Position numbers and translations under genes: made by a program
Source of the DNA: an uncultured Clostridium sp.
Lineage (GTDB): Bacteria; Bacillota; Clostridia; TANB77; CAG-508
DNA: 64,000 bases
Reading direction: 5' to 3'
NCBI GenBank assembly: GCA_945877035.1
Contig: CAMCQH010000003.1
Coordinates: 326 to 64,325, forward strand
Shown here: positions 20,389-29,967 of the stretch, piece after piece
Layout: each line of letters begins with the position of its first letter
How positions within the stretch are numbered: the stretch's first letter is position 1
The notes under the pieces: model-generated
What the model was told of the DNA's origin: nothing
What the model saw: the letters and a program-made list of their open reading frames with translations, nothing else
Database searches by the model: none

Positions 20389-20854
20389 CTTCTATCCTCC
20401 CACTTTTACTTTTATTCAGAGCATCTACTAAATAATCTGGATTAAAACCAAACCTTAAATATCCTTCAAGGCAAGTTCCCAAATAATGTTGACTTGGTAT
20501 TCCAAGTTCTCTATCTTCATGCATTATATAAACATAGGCTTTTCTAATTCTTATCTTTTTTGATTTAATTCCTTTGATTGGAAGATACATTTCAGTTTTG
20601 TAATAAAACTGTGGGCATCCTTCATATCTATCAAGTGCAAGTTCATCACTTTCTTTTGTTTCCCAAATTACTACTGGTACTTGTTCGCCTTTCTTTTTTT
20701 CAATGGTTAAATAAGAACCTGTCTTACTACCTTTAAATAATAATTCATAATCCTTAATAACCGATGTTCCAATAATCCTTGCTGTTGGACATCTGTATTT
20801 CATCTGTCTAACATTTAAATTACTACCGTAAGCTATATAATATCTCCTCTCCAT
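20369..20854 (-). CDS. Gamma-glutamyl cyclotransferase (AIG2/GGACT-like) protein
   Basis: YYIAYGSNLNVRQMKYRCP is the N-terminal signature of the GGCT fold. Start at ATG 20854, behind AAGGAGG. Confidence 0.7.
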   Translation of the reverse strand: MERRYYIAYGSNLNVRQMKYRCPTARIIGTSVIKDYELLFKGSKTGSYLTIEKKKGEQVPVVIWETKESDELALDRYEGCPQFYYKTEMYLPIKGIKSKKIRIRKAYVYIMHEDRELGIPSQHYLGTCLEGYLRFGFNPDYLVDALNKSKSGRIEDEEGIE

Positions 20855-20937
20855 AAGATATCCTCCTTTCTTTTTCAAGGGATTACCCTTCTACCACCTT
20901 AAGGGCAGTCAATGCTGCCGATTAAAGTACCAGGAGG

Positions 20938-21903
20938 CTAACTCCTTGAGCTTACTCTTTTTTGTCTAAATGCTGTGTCACCTTCAAGTCTTTTTGTTAA
21001 TACATCTCTTGCTGTTTTAAATTCATCTCCAATGAATCCTAATCTTAATAACCATGTTCTCATTGCATATTTTGGATTATCATTTTGTTGTCTTTTGGCT
21101 GATGCAAATTTCACATCTTTTGCCATTTGACTTAATGCTAGGCAAAATTGAATGTAGCTTTTTAATTGTCCTGCATGAAGTCCATTTTGTTTTCCTTCTG
21201 CTGGTGGATCAAATTGAAATAATCTAAATTCAATAGTTCCTTTTGTAAATGTTGCATGGAAGTTTAGCATATGGTATCTGCTATCGTTGTAATGCTGATT
21301 TCTATAATAACTAGCATTTTGTGTTTGATACCAAATGTCTGCGAATTTTGACATTGTCTTTGGTTTCTTTCTATTAAGTACTCTTAAGAACTCTGGATTA
21401 ACTGTTCTGCAATATCTAGCCATTCTCATTGAATCAAGTTTTAATGCATCTGCTATCAACAATTCATGACTTGCCATAATGTTTGCTAGGTTTCTCATTG
21501 TTTGAGGTGTGTGTCCATCTGCTCCTATGTGGATGTGAACTCCGCATCCTCTTGTTGCATCACTCTTTGCACCTGCTTTCCTTAAAAGTCTTATTAGTTC
21601 CTGTAATGTTTCAATATCGTCATACTTTAATATTGGTGTTACCAATTCACATTTTTTACTTTCTACTCCAGAAATACTTGTATCTCTTTGAAACTTCCAT
21701 TCTCTTCCGTCACTTGACCAGGCAGACCATGTTAAGTATCCATTTCTATTATCTGTGTATTCATATCTGCCTGTTCCAAATAACTCGGCTGCTATCTTTG
21801 CAGCTTTCTCTCTGGTTATGTTATTCATTTCAACTTCTACTCCGATTGTTTGTTCTTTCATTTTTTCGGATTGTCTTATTGCTTTTTCACTCATCTTACT
21901 CAC
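20938..21903 (-). CDS. Putative amidoligase (Amidoligase_2 family)
   Basis: IGVEVEMNNITREKAAKIAAELFG...GCGVHIHIG...TIEFRLFQ, resembling the glutamine-synthetase-like amidoligases common in phages and ICEs. Confidence 0.7.
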   Translation of the reverse strand: MSKMSEKAIRQSEKMKEQTIGVEVEMNNITREKAAKIAAELFGTGRYEYTDNRNGYLTWSAWSSDGREWKFQRDTSISGVESKKCELVTPILKYDDIETLQELIRLLRKAGAKSDATRGCGVHIHIGADGHTPQTMRNLANIMASHELLIADALKLDSMRMARYCRTVNPEFLRVLNRKKPKTMSKFADIWYQTQNASYYRNQHYNDSRYHMLNFHATFTKGTIEFRLFQFDPPAEGKQNGLHAGQLKSYIQFCLALSQMAKDVKFASAKRQQNDNPKYAMRTWLLRLGFIGDEFKTARDVLTKRLEGDTAFRQKRVSSRS

Positions 21904-21940
21904 CTTTCTTTATATAAGATTTCCTCTTTTTGTTATGTAT

Positions 21941-21972
21941 ATATATCACTCTAAAAGGCATATATATCAAGT
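21941..21972 (-). promoter_or_regulatory. Copy B of bipartite promoter-like motif
   Basis: Minus-strand GACTTGATATATATGCCTTTTAGAGTGATATATAT, about 38 nt upstream of amidoligase start 21903. Confidence 0.5.
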
Positions 21973-22002
21973 CATTTAGGCAAAATAAGTGTATATTTTT
22001 TG

Positions 22003-22221
22003 CTATATTTTGATACATTTGTCGACATTGTAAATAACATTTAAAGAACTACCATTGTCCCAGGCAACCATAATTGATCCAGTATCATCTACACCAATTA
22101 CAGTTCCTAAAGTTCCAATAGGTGGTGCTTGAAAATCATCCATCTTTACAAGTTTTACTTTTGTTCCTTTTGGATATTCTTTTCTTATTTTTTCAACTAT
22201 TTCTTGTTTTGGAAACATCAT
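22003..22221 (-). CDS. DUF4314-like small protein
   Basis: 72 aa. KVKLVKMDDFQAPPIGTLGTVIGVDDTGSIMVAWDNGSSLNV. Confidence 0.5.
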   Translation of the reverse strand: MMFPKQEIVEKIRKEYPKGTKVKLVKMDDFQAPPIGTLGTVIGVDDTGSIMVAWDNGSSLNVIYNVDKCIKI

Positions 22222-22243
22222 ACCGCTTACCTCCTTGTATTAC

Positions 22244-22275
22244 ATATATCACTCTAAAATACAGTAATATCAAGT
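22244..22275 (-). promoter_or_regulatory. Copy C of bipartite promoter-like motif
   Basis: Minus-strand ATACTTGATATTACTGTATTTTAGAGTGATATATGT, about 23 nt upstream of start 22221. Confidence 0.5.
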
Positions 22276-22281
22276 ATGGTA

Positions 22282-23538
22282 TTAATCCTTCACTTCAACT
22301 TCTTTAACTAAACTAGAATATGGTATCTTCTCACCATTTCTAATTACATACACGTTTTCACTATCATTAGTATCTTCAACATATCTTCTTAAAATAACTG
22401 ATGCATATTTTTCATCAAGTTCCATTGTGTAGCAAATTCTATTCATTTGCTCACAAGCCATAAGTGTTGATCCACTACCACCAAATGTGTCTATAACAAT
22501 TGCATTAGCCTGAGTGGAATTGTTTATTGGATAAGCTAATAAATCAAGTGGTTTAGAAGTTGGATGATTTGAGTTCTTTTTAGGTTTATCAAAGTTCCAG
22601 ATAGTAGTTTGTTTTCTATCTGAATACCATGGATGCTTTCCATTTTGCATAAATCCATATAAAACAGGTTCATGTTGCCATTGATAATCAGAACGTCCAA
22701 GTACTAAACTATCTTTTACCCATATGCAACAACCTGCTAAATGAAATCCTGCATCTATGAAAGCTTTTCTAAAATTTAAACCTTCAGTGTCTGCATGAAA
22801 TATGTAAGCAGCTCCACCATTTTCTAAATGCTCTGCCATATTTTTAAATGATGAAAATAAAAACTCATAGAAGTCATTGTTTTTCATACTATCATTTTGA
22901 ATTGTTAATCCATCTGAACTTTTGAAAGCTACATTGTAAGGTGGGTCAGTTAAGATTAAATTTGCTTTTTTATCTTCCATAAGTTTTGCTACATCTTCAC
23001 TTGATGTTGCATCTCCACACATCAATTTATGCTTTCCTACAAACCACACATCCCCTCTTTCAACAAAACTTGCTTTTTCAAGGGCAGCAGTTAAATCAAA
23101 TTCATCATCTTTTACTTCTTTATCATCTATTCCAAATAAGTCGGCTAGTTCTTTTTCGTCAAATCCTGTGTAACCTAAGTCATATCCTAGATTTTGTAAT
23201 TCTTCCATTTCTATTTTAAGTAATTCTTCATCCCAACCTGCATCCATTGCCATACGGTTATCTGCTAAAATGTATGCTTTCTTTTGAGCATCAGTTAAGA
23301 AGTCAGCAAACACACATGGTACTTCTTCTATTCCTTCTTCTTTAGCTGCCATCAATCTTCCATGACCAGCGATTACATTAAACTCTCTATCAATTATTAT
23401 TGGATTAACAAATCCAAACTCTCTAAGTGAAGAACGAAGTTTCAATATTTGTTCTGCCGAGTGTGTTCTTGCATTATTCACATAAGGCACTAATTTATCA
23501 ATTGATATTAGTTGCATCTCTGTTGTTGTTTTAGACAT
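22282..23538 (-). CDS. ParB-like N-terminal domain fused to beta-class N6A/N4C DNA methyltransferase
   Basis: ParB-N ISIDKLVPYVNNARTHS...GHGRLMAA. Motif IV ILTDPPYNV comes before motif I DTFGGSGSTLMA. Start at ATG 23538, behind AGGAGGTGGAG. Confidence 0.85.
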   Translation of the reverse strand: MSKTTTEMQLISIDKLVPYVNNARTHSAEQILKLRSSLREFGFVNPIIIDREFNVIAGHGRLMAAKEEGIEEVPCVFADFLTDAQKKAYILADNRMAMDAGWDEELLKIEMEELQNLGYDLGYTGFDEKELADLFGIDDKEVKDDEFDLTAALEKASFVERGDVWFVGKHKLMCGDATSSEDVAKLMEDKKANLILTDPPYNVAFKSSDGLTIQNDSMKNNDFYEFLFSSFKNMAEHLENGGAAYIFHADTEGLNFRKAFIDAGFHLAGCCIWVKDSLVLGRSDYQWQHEPVLYGFMQNGKHPWYSDRKQTTIWNFDKPKKNSNHPTSKPLDLLAYPINNSTQANAIVIDTFGGSGSTLMACEQMNRICYTMELDEKYASVILRRYVEDTNDSENVYVIRNGEKIPYSSLVKEVEVKD

Positions 23539-23550
23539 TTTCTCCACCTC

Positions 23551-24333
23551 CTAATAAAGTCCCCATTCAGCGAATTTCTCAAATCCACCGACAGACTCAA
23601 TATATTCTTTAGCAATCTTTACTACTTCATCATAAGGTTTACCATCTATTTCTTTATCACCAATAGCACAGCATACTTTTACTACTTCATTAGTTTCTTG
23701 AGCTTTCAAGAATGCATAAATGTTTACTGATACATCTGCCTTTGATAAGTCCTTACCATGAAGTCCTCCACCAGTTACACTATCTGCCATATCAGATCCT
23801 AACTTTCTATTTGTAGCACCTGTATCAACATCAGTGCCTCCAGTCCAATCTCCTAATGGATTAATTATTGCATCTTGATACAATTCTTTTAATTCTTCAG
23901 TTTTGCAATTGCTTTGACAAATTATTAATTTTTCTTTATCTAAAATGTACTTACCATCACTTGGATATTTTTCATAAATAAAACGAGCAATTTCTGATAA
24001 CTTCTTTTGCTCGTCTGTTAAAGGTACTCCCTTAAATATTCCGTTGTCACCACATCTTATTTCTTCCTCTTGGTTTTTAGATAAGTGTATATCTTGTGGC
24101 ACTAATACGACATCTTTCGACATATTTCCTGCTATTCTTGTGATGATATTTTCTATATCTTCCTTATTAAAATCTACTGATGTTTCAACAATTACATGAC
24201 AAACTCCATGTCCTATTAAAACCTCAACTGCTATTTTAGGATTTTCTTGTAACTTATATCCTAAATCTACTATTGCACCTGCTATTCTATCCGCAACTTT
24301 GTCTGGGTGCTTTGGATTAACTTTTTCTATCAT
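23551..24333 (-). CDS. Short MetK-like S-adenosylmethionine synthetase
   Basis: 260 aa with MetK-like blocks NPKHPDKVADRIAGAIVD, CGDNGIFKG and INPLGDWTGGTDVDTGATNRKLGSD...GGGLHGKDLSKADVS. About 120 aa shorter than bacterial MetK. Confidence 0.6.
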   Translation of the reverse strand: MIEKVNPKHPDKVADRIAGAIVDLGYKLQENPKIAVEVLIGHGVCHVIVETSVDFNKEDIENIITRIAGNMSKDVVLVPQDIHLSKNQEEEIRCGDNGIFKGVPLTDEQKKLSEIARFIYEKYPSDGKYILDKEKLIICQSNCKTEELKELYQDAIINPLGDWTGGTDVDTGATNRKLGSDMADSVTGGGLHGKDLSKADVSVNIYAFLKAQETNEVVKVCCAIGDKEIDGKPYDEVVKIAKEYIESVGGFEKFAEWGLY

Positions 24334-24887
24334 TATTTTCTCTCCTCTCTTGCTCTTAGCAATCTTTCCATCAAATCATTTTGTGGTGCAGCATCTTCGT
24401 AAGCTGTACTGCAATTTTCTTTTACAATTTGGAATATCTCATTCCATAACCTAACTGCCTGATTCATATAGTTAATACCAATATTTATGAATGGCGATGG
24501 TATAGGCTTTTGTGTTGTTGGATGTTTTGATAAAAGTCCCAACTTGTTAGTTAGTTCTTCACATTGAATCCATCTAGCACTACACATTGAATATCTTTCT
24601 AAAAGTTGTGGCGAGATTTTTTGAGCACAACCTACTTTTTTAAGCCACTCCCAAGTTTCCTGATATATTTCTTTTGCTTGTAGTTCATTTCCATCACGTT
24701 GTTTTTCAGATAAGAAATCGTGTGGTTTCGGCATCTCTGCTCCTTCAATTTCTGGTATGTCTAATGTTTCCAAACTTCTACCTCCAGGATTACCATTTTG
24801 TGCTTTTTCTTTTACTGCTGATTTCTTTCTTCCAGCACCAATTCTAGCACCGCCTCTACCACCAATATTGTTTGATTTTGTGGGCAT
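24333..24887 (-). CDS. Terminase small subunit (P27 family)
   Basis: Gly/Arg-rich N-terminus, then EIYQETWEWLKKVGCAQKISPQLLERYSMCSARWIQCEE. Follows the HNH gene. Confidence 0.75.
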   Translation of the reverse strand: MPTKSNNIGGRGGARIGAGRKKSAVKEKAQNGNPGGRSLETLDIPEIEGAEMPKPHDFLSEKQRDGNELQAKEIYQETWEWLKKVGCAQKISPQLLERYSMCSARWIQCEELTNKLGLLSKHPTTQKPIPSPFINIGINYMNQAVRLWNEIFQIVKENCSTAYEDAAPQNDLMERLLRAREERK

Positions 24888-24989
24888 TTAATCTCACCTC
24901 CCTTTAATACCCTTTTGAATTCGCCTTTTTTACACATAAGACCCCACGCCCGTTGCACTGCTCTTACTTTTTAGAGATTTGACTCCCCC

Positions 24990-25364
24990 CTACCTATAAT
25001 ATTTTGGTTTAGGTTTCCATCTATCTCCTCGTTCAGCATGAATCGTTGCATGGCATGATTTACAAAGTGAAATCAAATTCTTTCTGTCATGTGTTCCACC
25101 TTCTGCAAGAGGTAATCTATGATGTACCTCTTCCATCGCTCTGTACACACCTTGTTCCAAACACTTCTCACACAAAGGGTGCTCTTTTGCATAGCTATCT
25201 CTTATTCTTTTCCAAACTCGTCCGTACCTTTTCTTTACTTCTGGACTTCTATCGTATTGTTCATACCTTTTGTTTTCTTGTTTCTCATGTTCTAAACAAA
25301 ACCTACCGTCTGTTAATCGTGGACATCCTGGGTAAGAACATGGACGCTTTGGTTTCTTCGGCAT
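24990..25364 (-). CDS. HNH endonuclease
   Basis: CEKCLEQG...EVHHRLPLAEGGTHDRKNLISLCKSCHATIH. Confidence 0.85.
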   Translation of the reverse strand: MPKKPKRPCSYPGCPRLTDGRFCLEHEKQENKRYEQYDRSPEVKKRYGRVWKRIRDSYAKEHPLCEKCLEQGVYRAMEEVHHRLPLAEGGTHDRKNLISLCKSCHATIHAERGDRWKPKPKYYR

Positions 25365-25492
25365 CTTTCCTTTTCCTTTCTTGCATAATAAAAGCCCTAC
25401 AGGTTTCCCCATAAGGCTTTCATCATTCTAATTTCTTCCATTATAATAATATCACAAGACCATAGTCTCATACTATCACATTTACTCTCATC

Positions 25493-25900
25493 TTAACTTG
25501 GAACTACAATTTCTTTCAAAGCTGAACTATGCATACGGTGTATATGCTGTATTGAGTAGTTCATATCAACAGATATTTGTTCCCAAGTGTTGAAACACAA
25601 GTACCTCTTTTCAAGAAGTGTTTGGTATTCAATGTTAGGAACTGCTCTTATAACTTCCATTATCTCTTGCTTTAGGTTTATTAACTTTTCTATGTCTTCC
25701 TTAAGCTTGTCTTCCAAATCAATTATTTTAATAATGCAATCTTCCATTCTTGATCCACCACGATTAGGACTCTTTGGCATATCAGAAATGGTAGACGTGC
25801 ATCTGGTTGCTAATTCATTTAAGGATGCTATCTGTTGTGTCTTTGATGTTATTCGTTCATCTAAATAATGAGCTTGTAACAAGTATTCTTTTGCTGTCAT
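25493..25900 (-). CDS. Sigma-region-4-like late transcription regulator
   Basis: C-terminal HTH EYQTLLEKRYLCFNTWEQISVDMNYSIQHIHRMHSSALKEI. Position before the packaging genes. Confidence 0.55.
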   Translation of the reverse strand: MTAKEYLLQAHYLDERITSKTQQIASLNELATRCTSTISDMPKSPNRGGSRMEDCIIKIIDLEDKLKEDIEKLINLKQEIMEVIRAVPNIEYQTLLEKRYLCFNTWEQISVDMNYSIQHIHRMHSSALKEIVVPS

Positions 25901-25924
25901 ATTTTAACCTCCGATTCTTTTTGA

Positions 25925-27307
25925 TTACCCTCGGATTGACTCTGATTTACTAAGATTTACTTTTACTGCACTAATCAACGAATCCTGAACTTTGTATTTT
26001 CCTTCTAAAGCTTGTATTATTTGTTCATCAATAGTGCCTTTTGAAATAATATGTTCTATTACAACCGTTTTAGACTTTTGACCTTGACGCCATAATCTTG
26101 CATTTGTTTGTTGGTATAACTCTAAAGACCAAGTAAGTCCAAACCATATAATTGTAGAACCACCATCTTGAAGATTTAAGCCATGTCCTGTTGATGCTGG
26201 ATGAATAAGTGCTACTGATATTTTTCCATTGTTCCAATCTTCGATACTTTTGTCACTATCAAGCCTTACAAATTCAATCTTCTTACTTTTTAGGTGTTTT
26301 TCAATTCTTTCAAGATCGTGCTTAAACCAATAAGCAACAAGTACGGGTTTTCCATTTGCTGATTCAATTAAATCTTCTAAAGCCTCTAATTTTTTACTAT
26401 GGACATCTACGAACTCTCCATTTTCATCATATATGGCTCCATTTGCCATTTGGATTAATTTGTTTGATAATACGGCAGCATTACTTGCTGTTATTTCTCC
26501 TCCTGGAAGTTCCAATACTAAATCTTCTTTTAATTCTTGATATTTATTCCATTCTTTATCATCTAAAGTTACAGAATAGTTGCTTTTTATTAATTCAGGC
26601 ATTTCTAAATAATCAGTTGATTTCATAGAAATCGTAATATCGGATATTTGCTTATATATTTGTTCTTCTGCATTAGGTAATGGTTTATAACTGAATATTA
26701 TTTGACCATTTCGCTTATCTGGTTCAAAGTAGTTGTTTCTATATTCTCCAATAAACCTTCCTAGCCTTTTTCCCATATCTAGAACTTTAAATTCAGCAAA
26801 TAAATCCATTAATCCATTACTTGATGGAGTTCCTGTTAATCCAACCATTCTTTTAACTCTAGGTCGTACCTTCATAAAACTTCTAAATCTTTGTGAGTTG
26901 TAATTTTTAAAAGATGATAGTTCATCAATTACAACCATATCAAAGTTAAATTTAGAACCCATTTTTTCAACTAGCCACTTAACATTGTCACGATTAATAA
27001 TATAAATATCGGCATTGTTCCTCAAAGCAGCTATTCTTTCTTTTTCTGTACCTACTACAATTTCATATTTCAAGTTATGTAGGTGTTCCCATTTTTCTAT
27101 TTCAGCTTTCCAACTAAATCTTGCAACTCTTAAAGGTGCAATTACTAAAACTTTGTGAACTTCAAAACTATCAAATAATAAATCATTTATTGCAGTAAGT
27201 GTTATTGATGTTTTTCCAAGTCCCATATCAAGTAGGACTGCTGACTCGTTGTGAGTTTCAATAAACTCGGTTGCATACTTTTGATAATTATGTGGTTTGT
27301 ATATCAT
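25925..27307 (-). CDS. SNF2-family helicase
   Basis: DMGLGKTSITL, VVIDELSSFKN and QQTNARLWRQGQ. Confidence 0.85.
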   Translation of the reverse strand: MIYKPHNYQKYATEFIETHNESAVLLDMGLGKTSITLTAINDLLFDSFEVHKVLVIAPLRVARFSWKAEIEKWEHLHNLKYEIVVGTEKERIAALRNNADIYIINRDNVKWLVEKMGSKFNFDMVVIDELSSFKNYNSQRFRSFMKVRPRVKRMVGLTGTPSSNGLMDLFAEFKVLDMGKRLGRFIGEYRNNYFEPDKRNGQIIFSYKPLPNAEEQIYKQISDITISMKSTDYLEMPELIKSNYSVTLDDKEWNKYQELKEDLVLELPGGEITASNAAVLSNKLIQMANGAIYDENGEFVDVHSKKLEALEDLIESANGKPVLVAYWFKHDLERIEKHLKSKKIEFVRLDSDKSIEDWNNGKISVALIHPASTGHGLNLQDGGSTIIWFGLTWSLELYQQTNARLWRQGQKSKTVVIEHIISKGTIDEQIIQALEGKYKVQDSLISAVKVNLSKSESIRG

Positions 27308-27572
27308 CGATTACACCTCCTATATCTTCTAAAGTGTCTAACACATATACACTAAATCCCAGTTCTTTTAACTTCTTAATTCTTACAAGTTGGAGTTTTC
27401 TTGGTTTTTGTTTTGGTGCTTTCAACTCTACAAAAGCAATCTTGCCTTTTGCCATTAGTACCAATCTATCTGGTATGCCATCTAATCCTGTTGATGCAAG
27501 TTTCAAACAAATGCCACCACGCTTTTTAACTTCACTAACCAACTTCTGCTCTATATACTTTTCTCTCATCAA
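27288..27572 (-). CDS. VRR-NUC domain nuclease
   Basis: GIPDRLVLMAKGKIAFVELKAP (PD...ExK-type core); 94 aa. Confidence 0.75.
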   Translation of the reverse strand: MMREKYIEQKLVSEVKKRGGICLKLASTGLDGIPDRLVLMAKGKIAFVELKAPKQKPRKLQLVRIKKLKELGFSVYVLDTLEDIGGVIDDIQTT

Positions 27573-27704
27573 TCTTTACTCCCATCTGTCTTTTAAAGGG
27601 TTGTGACACTCAATGACTGCCATTTCCATAACTTTTCTTATATATTGATTTTTTTACTTCTATAGAAAACTTTATATAAAGACTGTCATAGAGTGTCATT
27701 TTCT

Positions 27705-29963
27705 TTAATTTTCAAGAAATTCTGATTTTAATTTAAGTCCATAAATCAGTCTTGCAGTGCTTGTTCTCTTTCTTTGAAATCCTGCTGTTTCAAGAGCTGC
27801 ATAAAAATCGGTTGTACTTCTTATGTAGTCACCAACCCTCGAACAGTACTCTCTATAGGCACTATAAACATCACCAGAATTATCACTATATGAATCATCT
27901 ACTTCGCAACATTCATCCAAGAATTGTGAAAACCAATCGTTGCTTTCTTTGTACTTATCAATTGCATTTTCAACAACTGCAGGTTTAGTTAAGTGATATC
28001 CGTTTTCTATTACTCGTTTAGAGCCTTCCATTATCCACTTAAGAATTGCTCCACCAGCATTTTCATACAAATAATCAGCATAATTCTTTATATCTGATGA
28101 ACCATCAATTACAGCATTAAATGGAATAACTATAAGTCTTCTCCACGTTCCTTCATCAATAGCTCCTACCTTTGGAAGATGATTTGTATAAAGTACCAAA
28201 GTATGTGTTGGTTCAAACTTAAAAGGCTCTTTATATTTTTTCTCGGCATAGATTTCATCGGTAGAACACAACTGCTTTATATTGGAAGTATTAAACCTCA
28301 TACCTTCTTCAAGTTCTGCTGCAATTACAAGTCGCTTTCCTTTTATCTCTGCCATCTCTGGTTTAACATTTCTCTTGCATCCAACAGTTAGAGTATCAGC
28401 TGACATATTGCCACTATAAGTGCCTAGTATTTTGGAGATTGTATTCCAGAATGTAGACTTACCATTTCTACCACCACCGTAAGCAATAATAAGACCTTCA
28501 AGATGCACTTTACCTATTGCAGCAAGTCCTGCTACTTCTTGCACGTATCTTATTAAGTCCTTATCTTCACAGAAGAATGTGTTTAGAGCATCATTCCATA
28601 TTTCTTCTCCTTCACTAGATGGATCAAGTGTTGTTTGTTTTGTAATGTAATCATCAGCTGAATGTTCATGCTTTTTATCAGCACCAAACCTTAAATCGTA
28701 TGTTGCTGTTGGTGTGTTTAACAAGAACTCATCACTATCTAATCTATCCTGCTTGATTTCAACCATAGGACTTGCCTCTTTTAATGATGCAAAAATATAC
28801 TTGGAGTCTCTTCTTTTAATCGCATACTTCCTATAAGCTGTAACATCTTCATAGTCTTTGAAAACTCTAGCTTGTTCTTCATTAAATAATCCAACTGCCT
28901 TTTTAGGACCGACAGAGGATAATATATCCCAAGCACCATTTTTAAGCATTACATCAGTTAGTTTCTTTATTCCTATTTCCGCTTCTTCAAGTTGCCTTGT
29001 TGTTAGCTCTTGTGATATTGCTTGAGCCTTAGACTTTGACTCTTCCCAGTAACTTCCGTTATAAACAAGAAAGTCTGTCGATGGAGAATACCTTAATTGG
29101 TTCTCATATTCTTTTGCTAGTACTGTTGCCTGTCCTACATCTGAATAATCCAATGGTTCTAAAAGGAAGTCTTGGTTATATTGTTCTGGGTCAACATAGC
29201 CTTCTTGATTGGATAACTTCTTATAAAACTTTTTAGCACTATTCCAAATAGAAACTAGTTCTTCATCTTCTAGTGGTGGATCACAAAGAGCAGCTTTTTC
29301 CATAAATACTTCATATGCTTTTTCGGTGTCTCCATATTTCTTTATAACTCGACCTGCGAAATGAGATAATGTGGAGTTACGACTACCTTCTTTGATTACC
29401 AAACTCTCTGGCATCTTATTCATTTCCATGTTTTCAAATTCATCAGAGTTTAAGTATTCGGTTAAGTTTATACTTCCTTGATAGATTTCAACTTCAGCCT
29501 CTTTTGTACCAAAGAAGAACCTTGCAGCATCAAGAGCATTTGTATCAAAGTATGGAAATATAGAATTAACCCTTAATTTGATGTCTTTATATTTAGTTGC
29601 ATCAGTTTCATAATCAATTGGAAATAAAACATGGAACTTTGGACGAGCACTTTTTCCGTTCTTTTCCTTGTTGTTTGACCTACTATAATGAATAGCAAAT
29701 GAAACATCAGGGAATGCCTCTCTTATAATACTTGGTGTTATCCAATCTTCTGGATTATCAGAGTGGTCATTATCACAATCAACAGGAAGACAATCACTTC
29801 CTATGAAATTGTCACCATTACGATAGCTGTTTTTATATTCAGCACATACATAATCATGACTAATAGCCTCTTTTAAGCTACCCTCATCAGTTACCAGTTT
29901 CTTATGAGGATAACTGCAGTTACTTGGAACTCCAGTAACATCTGAATAATAAATTGTAAACAT
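27705..29963 (-). CDS. Primase-helicase (AEP prim-pol N-terminus + P4/D5-type SF3 NTPase)
   Basis: AEP motifs LPVDCDNDH and KFHVLFPI. P-loop AYGGGRNGKSTFWN. Confidence 0.8.
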   Translation of the reverse strand: MFTIYYSDVTGVPSNCSYPHKKLVTDEGSLKEAISHDYVCAEYKNSYRNGDNFIGSDCLPVDCDNDHSDNPEDWITPSIIREAFPDVSFAIHYSRSNNKEKNGKSARPKFHVLFPIDYETDATKYKDIKLRVNSIFPYFDTNALDAARFFFGTKEAEVEIYQGSINLTEYLNSDEFENMEMNKMPESLVIKEGSRNSTLSHFAGRVIKKYGDTEKAYEVFMEKAALCDPPLEDEELVSIWNSAKKFYKKLSNQEGYVDPEQYNQDFLLEPLDYSDVGQATVLAKEYENQLRYSPSTDFLVYNGSYWEESKSKAQAISQELTTRQLEEAEIGIKKLTDVMLKNGAWDILSSVGPKKAVGLFNEEQARVFKDYEDVTAYRKYAIKRRDSKYIFASLKEASPMVEIKQDRLDSDEFLLNTPTATYDLRFGADKKHEHSADDYITKQTTLDPSSEGEEIWNDALNTFFCEDKDLIRYVQEVAGLAAIGKVHLEGLIIAYGGGRNGKSTFWNTISKILGTYSGNMSADTLTVGCKRNVKPEMAEIKGKRLVIAAELEEGMRFNTSNIKQLCSTDEIYAEKKYKEPFKFEPTHTLVLYTNHLPKVGAIDEGTWRRLIVIPFNAVIDGSSDIKNYADYLYENAGGAILKWIMEGSKRVIENGYHLTKPAVVENAIDKYKESNDWFSQFLDECCEVDDSYSDNSGDVYSAYREYCSRVGDYIRSTTDFYAALETAGFQRKRTSTARLIYGLKLKSEFLEN

Positions 29964-29967
29964 AGTT

